Shown piece after piece: positions 25,304 through 39,330 of a DNA stretch of 64,000 nt. Source of the DNA: Eledone cirrhosa (Eukaryota); assembly GCA_964016885.1 (NCBI GenBank), contig OZ024742.1:296732001-296796000 (forward strand), given 5' to 3'. The notes under the pieces were generated by a model, which worked only from the letters and a program-made list of their open reading frames with translations, ran no database searches and had not been told where the DNA came from. The number at the start of each line of letters is the position of its first letter. Position 1 is the first letter of the stretch. Both the position numbers and the translations under genes were made by a program.

Positions 25304-26950
25304 CTATATATCATATACTTTCTCAGGTTATATATTATAAATTATTCCTGAAAGAGTTGTGGGGAAAGAATCTTCTGACACCTCTTTCACAAGGTCCTAT
25401 CAGAAGAAATTATCTTCAATTGATCCAGATGAATTCCAAAGCAAATCAAATAGCATATCTATGCCAATTTACTTTGCCCGTATAGTCTGTCCAGCAATAA
25501 TTTGCTTAGACATTCTAACCACATGTCCATAGTACTGTAGCTATGATGATTGCAGAGCTGCACACCCTATTCAGTAATGTTACTCAAAAGACCCTTTGGA
25601 GGAATCCCATTTTGGTTGCTTTTATTTACAACTAGCATTAAAGCCCGGCGTTGCTCGGGGTCATTAAGTTACCAAAGTTAGGTTGCACCACCCATTTTAT
25701 GGCAGCACTTTTTTGTCTGCCAGGCACCGGGTGAATGAATTGCAGACCTGGAAGCATGAGCTGCGCCAGCAGTGACAATTGTAGTTTCGCCTATGGATAT
25801 TATCTCTGTGCAAAAAAGTGTTGAAATTTATTGTTTCACAGTGCTTGCGCAACACACGCGTAGACGATGCCAGCCGAACAACAGAGCTGCGATGGAGTTG
25901 TTCTGCATGGTTGTCTGTGTGTTTTCTAAATTTAAGACAGTAGGGAGTGGTGTGGAGAGGGGTGTTATATGGGGGAGAGTTAGCTGCTGTTTCTAGCAGG
26001 TTTAGTAACCTCATAGAGGATATGTGTTTTCTAAATTTAAGACAGTAGGGAGTGGTGTGAACGGACAGTATCACCATCAAGCTTGGAAAGAGAAAGTAGC
26101 AGAAAGTATGAAGTTGTATAGATTTTGAATGGTAGTGGAAAGAGTTCAGCAGTTTAAATGAGAGAGAAAAATCGTAAAATATTGAGTTTTATCTATTTTT
26201 TGCGTAATTGTGAGTGAAATTGAAAAAATTATCTGCGTCAAGACGCAATCGAAACTGTTTCGAATACTGAATTGTAAATTTCAATTGAACAAATTCTATA
26301 TCGTAGATTTCTATAACGAAGGAGCATGTCCACACACTGAGCTTTATAGATTATGATTATGTTTTTCGGTCATTACTCAAGATTCATGACCATAGTTAGG
26401 GGTAGGTAGAAACAGCAATTTAAAGATAACAAGTTTGGCTTTTACACCTACCTCCCTTATTCTGTTGACTGTGCGATGAAGCTGGCACATTATTGCACTA
26501 ACTCCAGCAATTCTTTTATTTAATTCAGCCTCCTGCCCTCTATCACTCATGAAAATTACATGGAGATACTTGAGCTTTCCTACTTGCTTTAGTGTAACCA
26601 CACTCACATAAATACTTTGCACTGTGCAAGCTTCCTTGAGAGTACAGATGACTTATTCTTTACAGCACTGATTTTCTTTCCTGCTATGCATCACTCATCA
26701 GCAAACCTGCCCAGCACTTGCTGGAAATCAACTTTTGATGAGTTAAGTACCATCATGTCATCTGCAAATATTCGTTGCCCGATCCTAAAGATTATGAACA
26801 GTAGGAATGACAACATACTCCTTTGACAGAGTCCAATACACACATTGAATGGTTTCAACTTAGCTACATTTATCCAAATACATTGTATAGGGACTTCAAA
26901 ACAATAAGAAGCTGCCCTCATATACAAACATAGATATACACAGCAAATTG
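25274..26950 (-). mobile_element. Old RTE (Expander-like) LINE interrupted by a Helitron
   Basis: Minus-strand remnants SMLSFLLFII, FADD, KYL.VIF.SD, LLFLPTPNYGHES; continues on the other side of the Helitron (KATKMGFLQRV, LQYYGHVVRM); (GAA)n tail at 25274-25305. Confidence 0.75.
25632..26356 (-). mobile_element. Non-autonomous Helitron
   Basis: Minus strand starts TC, ends with GC-rich hairpin (25644-25659, cccgagcaacgccggg) 8 nt before terminal CTAG; A/T insertion site, no TSD; internal ~36-bp direct repeat near 25919 and 26024. Confidence 0.8.
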
Positions 26951-27983
26951 CCAAATTTATATGTGAAAAGTAAATAATGTTTTAAAAACACAGCCCCTTT
27001 CTACCAATAGAAAAGGTGCCCAGGTTTTATAAAGTAATAATAGTGGACCCTTCTTAGAGGCTCTGTTTGAAGAGAGATTCCCAGGGAATTAACCACCTTG
27101 CTTCCTCATAAATCTGGTCTTGATGTCATGCATTTTCTCAGTTTATAAATTATAAAGTAGTAATGTTCTATATGTCATGTATTTTCTCAATTTATAAAAT
27201 ATAAGTCAAAATGTTTTAAGTCACGTATTTTCTAACATTATAAAGAATAATATGTACAGTATGAATTATTTTGAACATAATGAAGAATTTGGAAAACTTT
27301 GCTAACGTGGCTAACCTTTTCATTAAGCTGGTGTCTGTGACATAACTTAGAGGTTTTTTCATAAAATTATGAGAGAATGGTTCTAGATAAATATAAATAC
27401 TACACAAAAACAATTAAAATGCAAATCCAGCATCAATTTCAGGTATTAAGAGAGTTAGAAATTATCTTATCAAAGTGTTGCCAAACTTTGGAAAATAGTG
27501 GAATTTGAAATTATTGTTCCTTATTTTATTCTATTTTTTTTTTTTTGTAATAAATGTTAATACATTTCTAAGAGTAGGGCTTAAAAATGGATGAAATTAA
27601 TTTCATTGTGAGTTAGAGTATAAAAAATAATTAGGCAGAGATATTTGCTAAAAAAGTCACTCATAAAATTGAATCATGAAGACATGAATGAGTCTTTTTC
27701 AATTATTATCTGTTGATATTAAAATTATCTTGTAATAGAGTTTATTGAATAAAATACAAAGACAATTAAGGAAGATGGTGGGAAGCAGATTTTGAAGTGT
27801 AACTGATAAAATAAAGATTCTTTATATGAAATTATTGAAAATAAATACAGACAAGGAAATATGCCAGCAAAATTTGTAAAGAAGTATTGTCTGATAAACA
27901 GAATAATACATTAGCATTTATTAGAGATAAATGTAGACAGTCAGATGAAACCTGCTATATATATAAACAACAGTTACATTCCC

Positions 27984-28017
<34 letters not shown>

Positions 28018-28539
28018 CACATGCACACGAACACACACACACACACTCATATATATATATATAGAGAGAGATAGTTAGATCACAAAATACTGGTTATATT
28101 GTAATGAACTCTGTTATGTTATGTTGTTATGTAAATTAGTAAGATTATTTAAAACACTTTTCTTGAATTGGTTGAAAAGACAAAATCTTCTCGATGAGTT
28201 GCAGAATAATGGAGTCAAAGTTTCATTGTTTCCATGCTTGTACAAAGGTCAAGGCTTTGTCTGGTTCCATGGGATGATAGTCCTTCACAGTTGCTGGTAC
28301 TCATTAGTAGCTGAATGAACAGGGGCAGTGTGAAATGAAATGTCTTGATTTGGGGAACCAAACCCACAACCTTATGATCGTGAACCTAATGCCCAAACCC
28401 CTAAACTACATGCTTTCATATTCAGAACAAATGAATTTGCAATATGAGTTTTGAATATAAATTTGAGAAGAAACATTTGGATTTATGTCATAAAGAACAC
28501 ATATTACTATATAATCTAATAAAGATACATGAAAACATT

Positions 28540-28905
28540 ATATTCTGACAAATATACATGACATATGGAACACTTGTTTTAAGCTGACAAAATACATGAC
28601 AGTCTACTGTATATTCTGACAGAATATGACATATATACCACATTCTACTTTATAAGCTGTCAAAACTACATAATATGTGGAACACTACTTTATAAACTAA
28701 CAAAATGGATGATATAGAATACTAATTTATAAAGTGATAAAATATATGACACGTGCGACCTATTCTACAATATAAAGTGATTAAATATGTTATATATACA
28801 ACCCATTCTACTATATCAACTGAGAAAATAGGATATATAGAATACTTCTTTATAAATTAATAAACTATATGACATAGTTAACAATCTACTTTATAAACTG
28901 TGAAA
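28540..28905. repeat. Degenerate ~35-42-bp minisatellite
   Basis: About nine diverged units of ctactttataa.ctgacaaaata.atgacata. Confidence 0.7.
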
Positions 28906-29169
28906 TACACATTGTGCATCAGTGATTTAGAGCATTCACAGCAGTTAACATTGTAGATCATTGATGCACAATGTGGTCCAGGTGTACCAGCAGTAGTCTA
29001 TAGAGATGTTTTGCTGGTTCACAGAGAGTCTTATGTCTATTTATATATGAACAGATTTCAAACTTGGTAGTGAATAGAGGTTATATATATCTCAACAATA
29101 AGTTTGAGCAAACATATTAGTAATAATGTATACATATATACATATATACATATATACATATATATATAT

Positions 29170-30435
29170 ACTCCTGTATGCAGATGACCTTGCACTTATA
29201 GCTGAATCTATGGTAGAACTAGAGAAGAAATTCCAAACTTGGAAGCAGGGACTAGAAAGAAATGGTCTCAAAGTCAACATGACAAAGACTAAGGTCCTTG
29301 TAAGTAGACGAGAAAACAGAAGCTAGATCCCCTCAGGGAAATGGCCTTGCTCAGTATGTAGGAAAGGTGTAGGTAGGAACTCCATTCTCTGCCCCAAATG
29401 CAAACAATGGGTACACAAGAGATGTAGCGGGATCTCAGGAAGCTTAATTAAGAATGTAGGCTTCACATGCAGCAGCTGTGCTGAGACAGCAAGCAGCAAA
29501 CAGCCACAGGAAACAAGTACCACCAATCTCTGGGAGGGCTCTGTAGAAACAGTAGACAGCTTCTGCTACCTAGGTGACTGAATTAGCAGCGGAGGTGGGT
29601 GTTCAGAAAGTACAATAACTAGGGTAAGAACGGGATGGAAGAAGTTTAGGGAACTACTACCACTGCTAGCTGCAAAAGGCTTCTCCCTCAGAATGAAAGG
29701 CAGACTGTATGATGCGTGTATCCGAACAGCAATGTTGCATGGTAGTGAGACCTGGGCGCTGAAGGTGGAAGACTTACGTAGATTAGAGAGAAATGAAGCC
29801 TGCATGCTCCGATGGATGTGTAACAGTAATATACGTGAACGACAAAGCATAAATGAATTGAGAGAGAGACTGAGCATAAGAGGAATCAAATGCCGTGGGC
29901 AGGAGAGGCGGTTGCGTTGGTATGGACATATGATGCGTATGAAGGATGACAGCTGCATAAAAAGGTGCAGAGCACTAGAAGTCAATGGAAACCACCGAGT
30001 GGGGAGACCCAAGAAGACCTGGGATGAGGTGATAAAAGCCGACCTTACCAAATTACACCTCTCAAAGGCGATGACACACGACCGTGACCTCTGGCGTCAT
30101 GCAGTAATACAGAGTACCCGACCTCCCATGGGTACAAGTTGAAGCATATAGACAATATTCCCCCACACCCTCCCACTGCAAAGTGGTCGTGGAGGTACCA
30201 CGGCAAAAAAGCACCCAGCCCACACTGTAAAGTGGACGTGTAGGTGCCACACCCAGCACTCACTGTAAATGAGGTTGGTGTTAGGAAGAGCATCCAGCTG
30301 TAGAAATCAAGCCAAAATCAGTTCCTGTATGAGCAAGGCATGGTCAGCCGACCAGACACTGCCCACAACAGGACAACCCGTCTAACCCATGCTAGCATGG
30401 AAGAACGGACGTAAAACAATGATGATGATGATGAT
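29170..30435 (+). mobile_element. 5'-truncated RTE LINE copy 3 (premature stops)
   Basis: Homologous to copies 1/2; TAG at 29324-29326, TGA at 29579-29581; (GAT)n tail followed by a second short tail at ~30456-30510. Confidence 0.95.
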
Positions 30436-30476
30436 ATATATATATGCATATATATGGGCGTTAGACGGTGAAGATG

Positions 30477-30511
<35 letters not shown>

Positions 30512-32746
30512 ATATATTTTATTTCAGTAGTTCAAAGGAAAAGAAATATGAACTCATTGTTGCTTTCTTTTTGTACACATTCAAAAATATACCTTGCTAT
30601 ATGGTTGTAATTTGGTAGCATTTCTATATGCCAGTAATTTATGTGCTAACAAAGACCACCACATACTGTGATGCTCTGTTAGTTGTAGCTACACAAGTGT
30701 GCATTCCTGATATAATACCAGTGTTATAGCAAAAGTAATTTTTAACAAAACATAGTCTACAGTTTTGTTGGCAAAAGTTCAGGTTAATATTTCTTCTCTT
30801 ATCACACATCACATAGATTTAACTTTTACTTCCTTAAATATTGATTTCTTTTTGTCTACAAATAAGGTCCAATATATATTTAGTAGAGTTATTCACAACT
30901 ACTGTGTCACAGCACACATCTGCATTACATATTGTCTACAAGTGTCACACAAGTTATCAAATACTTCATTATTTTTAATGCAATACACAAGTACATGCAT
31001 ATTCCTTTACAATAGAATGCAGTGTTTGCATCCATCTGGTTTTAAAACAATTTTAATACTTTTTTTATTTTTCAAGATTTAAATTGAATTTATATTTTTT
31101 AAATAACAATATTACAAATTGCGCACAATTCTTTTAGAATGGAAATATCAAGACAAATATAAACACATATAACAAATACAATTAAACATTGTTAGCAACC
31201 TCACAAATAGAACATACCAAAATATATGACCAGAGTGAGAGAAAAGAGAAAAAAGAGAAAAGAAAAAAAGAGAAACGTAAACAAAATTGAGGATCAATTC
31301 ACCACCAGGTGCAACATTTTTAATATAATAAAACTTTAAACTATCTGATGCTGTCATAATATATTTAGTGTCCCATTCAACGTGCTACAGATTGATAAAG
31401 ATTGAAAATCATTGATTTAGAGGAGGAGGAGGAAGAGGGGTAGTAGTAGTAGGTGGAGGGGGAGTTTATAAAATGTTCAGGCATAGTTATATACATAAAT
31501 ATTTGCATTGTGACCAAATGGTTCTAGGTTCACTTCTGCTGTGCAGTTCTTTAGACAAGCATCTACTATGGACTTGGGATGATAAAAACATTGTAAGTCT
31601 GATTTAATTGGCAGAAACTTTGCAAAGACAAGTCGTATATATGTATGTATGTATTTTATGTGTCTTTCTTTCATCAATTTATATCTGTGTAGAATATAAA
31701 CATTGGTGAGAAAATTGAAAAGCATAGTGCTATATGTGTAAAGTTAGGCACTCCCAAATAATACTTGCTGTGAATAATGTGGTGACCCAGAGATGTTGGA
31801 GACATTTTTGTGATATAAGATATATATGAAAATAAAATTTAATGTTTTTAATTGAGATATCAGCACATCAGGAAATTACTGCTTCATAAAATATATGAAA
31901 ATATTGCATTGAAATGGAAAGTAAAAGAAAATATATTGATTATTTAAAAACAGAAAATAAATAGAAATAGAGATAACAGAGAAAAAATAGCAGTTGATTA
32001 ATCTGAATAACTCAAGAAAATGAAGGTATTTCTTCTCTGATGAATTTTCAAGTAGAAATGAAACATGTCATAATTCTAATATTTTTTGCCAACAAAGTGA
32101 TATAAAATAGTGTTTAGATTTATTCTTTACTTTTTCAATTTGTGTTGTTTATTTCAGTCATTAGATTGTGGCCATGACAGGGTATTACCTTAAATGGACT
32201 TAGTCAATCCTTATGATGCCTGTTCTTATTTTAAAAAAATATTCTGGTTCTTGTTTCACCAATCGTTTTTTATTGAAAATCAGTAATTTTTCTTGGTTGT
32301 TTCCATTTATATTTTTCAAAACCAGAATTAGTTATTTAGTTTATATATTGAGACCCCAAACCCATCCTATTTATTTTATAATGTATGCAGTTTTTAGTAA
32401 TGTACTTTTTTTATGTATAATGTTTTTTAATATATAAAGAAAATTAATTGTCTCAGGAAGGTTACCTATTAAAATATAATTTTGCAGGAGATAGATTAGC
32501 AAAATTTAATAAGTGGAGAGTGGAAAAAATCCGAAAAATAAATAAGCAAGGTTGAGGGAGTGATGATTATTTGAGACCTCGGAGTGGTGGGTCTTTAAAT
32601 AACAGACACAGTTCACTCAATGAGTTTCAAAAGAGTTAACATCCAAGCCAAGTTCAATCACAAGGCATGAGTTGAACTGAGACTATATAAAAAAAGAATT
32701 TATCAGGATGGATGAGATGGGCAGGCAAGTATATATGTATATATAT

Positions 32747-32929
32747 TTGTTTCTACTTTAGGCACAAGGCCAGCAATAACCCAGTTCATTACTGGTACTT
32801 TATTTTATCGACCCCGTAAGGATGAAAGGCAAAGTCAACCTCGGCGGGATTTGAACTCAGATCGTAAAGGGACGTAAGTATGCTGGAAAGCATGGCGTCC
32901 GACCCTCTACCGATACTGCCAATCCACCG
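32747..32929 (-). mobile_element. tRNA-derived SINE family A
   Basis: Full body; gcaagtatatat repeated on both flanks. Confidence 0.9.
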
Positions 32930-33860
32930 CAAGTATATATATTGCAAGTATATATATTGCACACTACATTGGGTGTAGTGTGCAAGACAGAAGACTGGGT
33001 TGGTATAGACGATAACAACTGTGTGAAGAAATATAATGAATCCCCTGTGGCTGAGACCCATGGAAGGGTCAAACCCAGAAGGCGAGATGAGGTTGTAAAA
33101 ACCAACTTTACAAAACTAAACCACACAACAGAAAAAACAAGAGACTGTGAGAACTGGCAATATGTGGTGCTGAAAAAGACCCAACCTGCACCATACAATG
33201 TGACCTGACTTACCCCATGCCCTCTTCCACTAGCACTCTTATTCTTGATACCACTACACCATCCTCCTTGTACACACCTCCATGCCTCGCCCCCACACAT
33301 TCCTAGCAACTGTTCCCCTGTGAAGTGTTTGGTGATAGGAAGGACATCCAGCCGTGGAGGGCTTGCCAAAACAAAGGGTTGGGAGGAACCTTCAGTCATG
33401 TCAAGGACATGACAACCACCCTAGTGTTTGGTGATATGCATGATAAATGTACCCAGTACACGCTGTGAAGTGGTTGGTGGTAGGAAGAGCATCTAGCCAT
33501 AGAAAGCTTTCCAAACAAATGGTTGGGAAGACCTTTATTTGTTTCAGAGCATGACAACCTCTCCTGTGCATTCAGGGGAATGTGAGACCATACATCAGTG
33601 CAACACAGATCCCTCACTTGTCTGAGAGAACAGTAGGCCTGCTTCAGTACTGACATGGTAAACCTGTCCAACCTTTGCTAGCAAGGATAGCAGACTTTAA
33701 AATGATAATGATGTGCATGTGCATGTATGTGGCCATAAAATGAGCATCATGTTCTGTGTGTGTTTGTCTTTTCAATGGCGAATGACCACAGTCTTGTATT
33801 TATTGTTAATATTACAATATTGCCCATGCTGTAAGTAGCTCCCCTCCTCTTCTTTTGTTA

Positions 33861-33916
<56 letters not shown>

Positions 33917-36809
33917 CTTTTCACTATGGGTTTGCCTTATACTACTATTAATTAGATTTTTTGAGGCTATTTAAGAATTCTGTACTGGATGTTCTCTGAA
34001 AGTTCAATATGCTGGTTATCTGGTGGCCATAACAGAATCTAACATAGAGCTATAAAATAGTTTTCAATCCTGGAAGCATGATCTAGAATCAACTGGTTAA
34101 AATACTGGTCCCAGAGGTTACGAAATTCTGTGTCATCTGAAAAATGAACTTTTACAATATGCTGGTAGTAAGTAGATTTAATATGGCTTACCTATTATAA
34201 CCAAATTTTGTTATTTAGATATTTGTTCTAAGTCTCTGTGTTCTATTTTCAAATTTCACAAATGTCCAGTTTTGTTCTCCTTCCAGCCCTTGCATCCTTG
34301 ATGTTCTACTGGCTGGTGGAAGGTTGAGAGGTTGTTTGTATTTGTTCATGACTGCATGATCACCTAAAATTTTCAGCAAAATCATGATACATAATACCAA
34401 ATCATATTTGATTGCAAGTGACCTATTACAAGCAATGAAGGTAGTCACTAAAACGAAGTTTGATTGTTCGTATGTTACTAGAGGACCAGAACTTCAGATG
34501 TGATAGATATATAAATGATACTTCCTCAAGGTGCAACATAATAAGATTGAACCTCAATTCATAAAGTTGTACTACACAACAATGTGTCTAACCATATGTA
34601 TGTGTGTTTATAAATGTCTGCATGTTTTTGAGTATATATGTGATTTGTGTATATTTGTGCATATGATTGAGCATTGTACAAGAAATTAAATAGATATAGC
34701 TGAGATTTCTCTGTCCTATCTTTTATTTATTCATATTTTCACAATTTATTCATATCTTTCATAAAATTCTCATCTTAACACAGTCATGTAAGTTCTTTAT
34801 TATTTTTTTCTGTCTTTAGTTATTGTTCATGTAGATCTCTTTTGGCAAAGATTACATTTTATATTTTAGGTATTGGCTATCTATTGTTTACTCTCTAGTA
34901 CAATATAAAGAATGACATCCCAGACTATTGTTATTTAGTTATAATCTGTCACTCCATATCCTTCCTTATCAACTTTTCTCTTCTGTTCAATCTATCAAAA
35001 ATTCAAAAAATTTCTATTGTAATTTAGCCAGCTATAATTTATAAATTACTTCTTTATCTTACTATCTGTGATTTCTCTCATATAAGAATAATTTTTCTCT
35101 ATATATGAATAACTTTTCTATTTTCATTGCAATTCTTCAAGGGGGTCAGAACATTTTTCACATTAAAAAAAAATATTTGATTTGATAATGTCATGAACAA
35201 ATAAATACTAAAGAACTAAAAAATGAAAACATATTTTAAAATATAATTTTTGATATAGATGGAACATTATTATATACAATCTATATTTATATATTCACTA
35301 CATTTTAAGTCAAGAATTTATTCAGTCCATTTCCTTTTATTGTATTTAACAATGAAAAACAAATATGAAGTAAGATACGTTTTTTTACTATATCTTTACA
35401 TTTTATCATTTGTTATTACAACATTAAAATGGAAATTATAAAATGTTTTAGAATTGTAATGGGATTATGTATTTGAAAATAATATAAACCTATAATCTTT
35501 CTAGATATAATTATATAGTTCCTGACTCTCTCAGTTCATTTTTCCATCTGGTATCACAAATTTCTTTTCCTCATTCTTCAACTTTTAATAATAGCTTTTA
35601 TTTTTACCTTATAACCTTTTCAGGTCTTGGCTTAAAAGAAGATACAAAACAGCTGTTCTATGTTTAAAATAATCTAATGCTATTTAAGGTCTGGGGTAAA
35701 GGAATATGATGAAATAAGAACAACTCTATACTCAATCAACAGTTATGAAACTGAAAGCATATGGTATAGCAGGAATGTATAGAGATTCTGACTAAAATCA
35801 GAGGTAAATCACAGTTAAAAAGGGTACTCAAAACATTAGTAGAGTATAAGCATTATTTAATCTAGAAATAGCTCCTACAGGAGTAGAACTGTTTCATTCC
35901 TTATGATTTTATACGAACAAACAGTTCTAGTCCTTTAGAATCCATTTCTATATGACATTTGGAAGGATTAAATGATATATCTTTCTTGAATCATTAGGTG
36001 TTTGACAAAATACTTTGCAGCATTTAGTTATAGGTCTTTATGTTCTGCATTCAAAACTTACTGAGGTCAACTTCATTTTTCATCCTTCCATGGTTGATAA
36101 AAATAAGTACCAGTCACCAACTGAGGTCGATGTAATTGACTTCTCTCCACACACAAATTGTTGGCCTTGTGTCTAAATTAGAAATCAATGTTAAGCTGCT
36201 ATCTTCAACCTAGACAAAAGTTTTCATATATAAAATATGACCGAAGGCATTTAGATAAATATAAACACATTAAAAGGAATGGTTTTGTATTGTAAAACCA
36301 GGTGGTTTGGTATCAAAGGGGTTAATGGAAATCTTGCTGCACTCTTTCACAGATCAAACAATCATTAGTTACTATATAAATGATTTTTTATATCGTGAAT
36401 TTCAATTTGTATGTTTTTAAATAATAATGTCAGTCCCTTGTTAAGATAAGCTTTCTTTCTCTTAAATCCAATTGACTCAAGATATATACGGAACTATATT
36501 TTCTGAGAGGGAATTAATCTATTAATCTCACATATTACTGAATATGAAATGGTTGGGCTAAGGATTTTCTCATAACATTAATCTTAATTCTCTATTGACA
36601 GAGCTATTGTGAGTTTTCCAACTCTCAAGAAATGTTTCAAAATCCTTGTTTTGACATTTATAACCTTAGATTAACTTGATGCGCCATATTTCAAGAAGCA
36701 AGAAGTCATGAAATTCCATATTCTGCCAAAGATGATGAGTGATAAAAATGATGTCACGAGAGAGATTAACTCTCGTTAACTAGAAATATTGTTGAATGTA
36801 TCATTTATT

Positions 36810-36996
36810 AATTGTTTCTACTTTAGGCACAAGGCCAGCAATTACCCAGTACATTACTGGTACTTTATTTTATCGACCCCGTAAGGATGAAAGGCAAAGT
36901 TAACCTCGGCGGGATTTGAACTCAGACTGTAAAGGGACGTAACTATGCTAGAAAGCATGGCGTCCGACCCTCTACCGATACTGCCAATCCACCGCC
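36810..36996 (-). mobile_element. tRNA-derived SINE family A
   Basis: Full body; diverged TSD tgtatcatttattaat / tgtatgatttaataat. Confidence 0.9.
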
Positions 36997-38222
36997 TTTG
37001 TATGATTTAATAATGCTTGTTAGAAGTATAAGACACTGGTGGAAAATTACAGATTACTTTATTGTGCATTGACTGATAGGAGGACAACTGTATATTTCCT
37101 GATTGAAGGATCATTTTACATAACCTGATAAAATGATGATTGGAGTTTAATTGAGAACAGGAGGAGTTTATAGAACTGGCAGAAAAATGAATGATAAAAG
37201 GGCAAATATCCATTGAATTATAGGATGACTTTACATTAACTGATAGATTACAAATTGACTAGGAGATACATTATTGACTACTACAATAAATAACGGTTGC
37301 TAAGGTTATTCTTCTTCTGCACCCACCTATTCCGGGGGGGGGGGTGATCGCTCAAACAACCATATCCAATTAATCTGGTTGGATCTCCATAAAATCTGTC
37401 CAGTGATTATTTCCTGAGACATTATTACCTCAGGCCTGTATGTAGTATTGGAGCTGTGATTTCTCAATTTGGAGAAGCGGCAGTACTACCTAGAGTGACT
37501 GTCTAATCTCTGTTCTATGCACTCTATTGAATGCATTATAGATTGTTGATTGTTGTAAATAGCACTGAATGTTAAAAGTACTGCTGAATGTTAAAAGTAC
37601 TGCCAACTGTTATAAGTACTGTTTAAAGTCTTATGATCTTATGAACTGTTAATATAAATGCATTGCTAAATGCATCATAGAAGTATGGACTGCTACAAGC
37701 CTTATTGAATGCTTTAAGACTTTTTGTTTACTATTCATATTTCTAAATGGATTATGAATTGTTGACTAATACACATATAATCATCTGTTACAAAATATTC
37801 TTGGATGCCTAATGGATTGTTGACTGCTACAAGCATTGGTAACCATTAAATAATCACAGTTGTTGGCCATTCAAATTAAAACTGTTTACTGTTTTCATCT
37901 AAGAAATTTCCTAACTACTGAAGTAGTTTAATGACTCCTAAAGTTTAAACACCTCCAAGTTTTAATGAAGATCTGTCAGTTCCAGGAATTTATATCAGTT
38001 TCAAAGACTTTCTAATTTCCTTTGCCAAGTAACATACAACTTTCATTATAATTGATGTTAATAGCTCATACCATTCACTTCCCAATAATTACCTAATTTA
38101 GATGATTAAGTAATTCTATTTCTGTAAGGTTTGAAGTCTCTAGATAATTCTGATATAATTCTTTCTTCTTTCTATTTCCATGTAGTCCAGATCCTTCAAA
38201 CACAGATAATTTCTCTGTGTTC

Positions 38223-38481
38223 AAAGGAAATGATCCATTACTATTCTTTTATTCTTTTCCTTGTTCCAGTAATTAGATAGTGGCCATGCTGGGGCAATAT
38301 CTTGCCTTAATCTATCATATTGACTTTGGTTATTTGGTTATTTGGTTCTTATGTGTGTGTGTAAGAACCAAATAACCAAAATCAACATGATAGACTAAGG
38401 CAAGAAAGTGACCCAGCATGGTCACTGTCTAATGACTGAAACAAAGAAATGAATAAGAGAATAGTAATAGATGATTTCCTT
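38223..38481. repeat. Old fold-back palindrome (SINE-like fragment plus flank)
   Basis: ~125-bp arms aaggaaatgatccattactattc...ggttatttggttctta / taagaaccaaataacc...gaatagtaatagatgatttcctt around a (TG)n loop. Confidence 0.75.
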
Positions 38482-38590
38482 GGTAAAAAATCCTTTTTTA
38501 AATTATCTAATGATTCTGATGATTTCTATACAGTTGAATTAAATGCTACCCCTTCTGTATTTGAATGAAACATGTGTAAATCAATAAATC

Positions 38591-39077
38591 AATTGTTTCT
38601 ACTTTTAGCACAAGGCCAGCAATTATCCAGTGCATTACTGGTACTTTATTTTATCGACCCCATAAGGATGAAAGGCAAAGTTAACCTTGGCGGGATTTGA
38701 ACTCAGATCATAAAGGGGCGTAACTCTATGCTGCAAAGCATGGCGTCCAACCCTCTACTAATACTGCCAATCCACCGTATTACCCATAGGTTGTTTATAC
38801 ATTCATTGCCTAAAGTAGAAACAATTATATATATATATACGTATATATATATATATTAGTGCAAAGAAACCATCTTGAATATAGTGTCTTTTGATCTGGT
38901 TTCATTGTATTATATAATTTTGAAAGGACGGAGGATTGGCAATATCAGTAGAAGTACGCCCCTTTATGGTCTGAGTTCAAATCCCACTGAGGTTCATTTT
39001 GCCTTTCATCCTTACAGGGTCGATAAAATAAAATATCAGTAATGTACTGGAATAATTGCCAAAAGTAGAAACAATTA
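38591..39077. mobile_element. Cluster of SINE family A copies in opposite orientations
   Basis: Minus copy 38591-38777, plus-strand tail fragment ~38807-38828, plus copy ~38930-39077. Confidence 0.8.
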
Positions 39078-39089
39078 TATATTTTTGTA

Positions 39090-39330
39090 GCATGCATGTA
39101 TATAAAAATAGCAATGGAACCTATAAGGGCAAGGGAAGTAAATTTGATGTTAATCCATGGAAGACTCCATCAATGTATATATGTACACATTGGATTTTGA
39201 TTGTTGTTTTTAGTGCCTGTTATGTCAGATGATGTAAAAGCTAAAGCTGAGTTATAAGCCCTAATATCAAATCTAAATTTAACACCATTACCAGCATTCA
39301 ATTCAACATTTAACAGCTCAATTGCTGAAA
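39090..39330 (-). pseudogene. Decayed Helitron RepHel N-terminal fragment
   Basis: FRFDIRAYNSALAFTS then, after a frameshift, YIDGVFHGLTSNLLP; resembles the recalled Helitron motif NIRxYNSxxAFTS...IxGxxxHxxGSLLP. Confidence 0.55.

Noticed and set aside
28540-28905. Regularly spaced ~38-bp motif resembling a CRISPR-like array
   Set aside because: Units diverge along their whole length with no constant repeat/unique spacer structure and no cas genes; eukaryotic minisatellite.
35862-35950. Short inverted repeat with GAAACAG, related to 19648-19705
   Set aside because: Core too degenerate to call a ribozyme; probably a small decayed repeat.
37520-37850. Loosely periodic ttgttgactgctacaag / ctgaatgttaaaagta motifs
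   Set aside because: Too degenerate to define a unit; treated as old low-complexity sequence.
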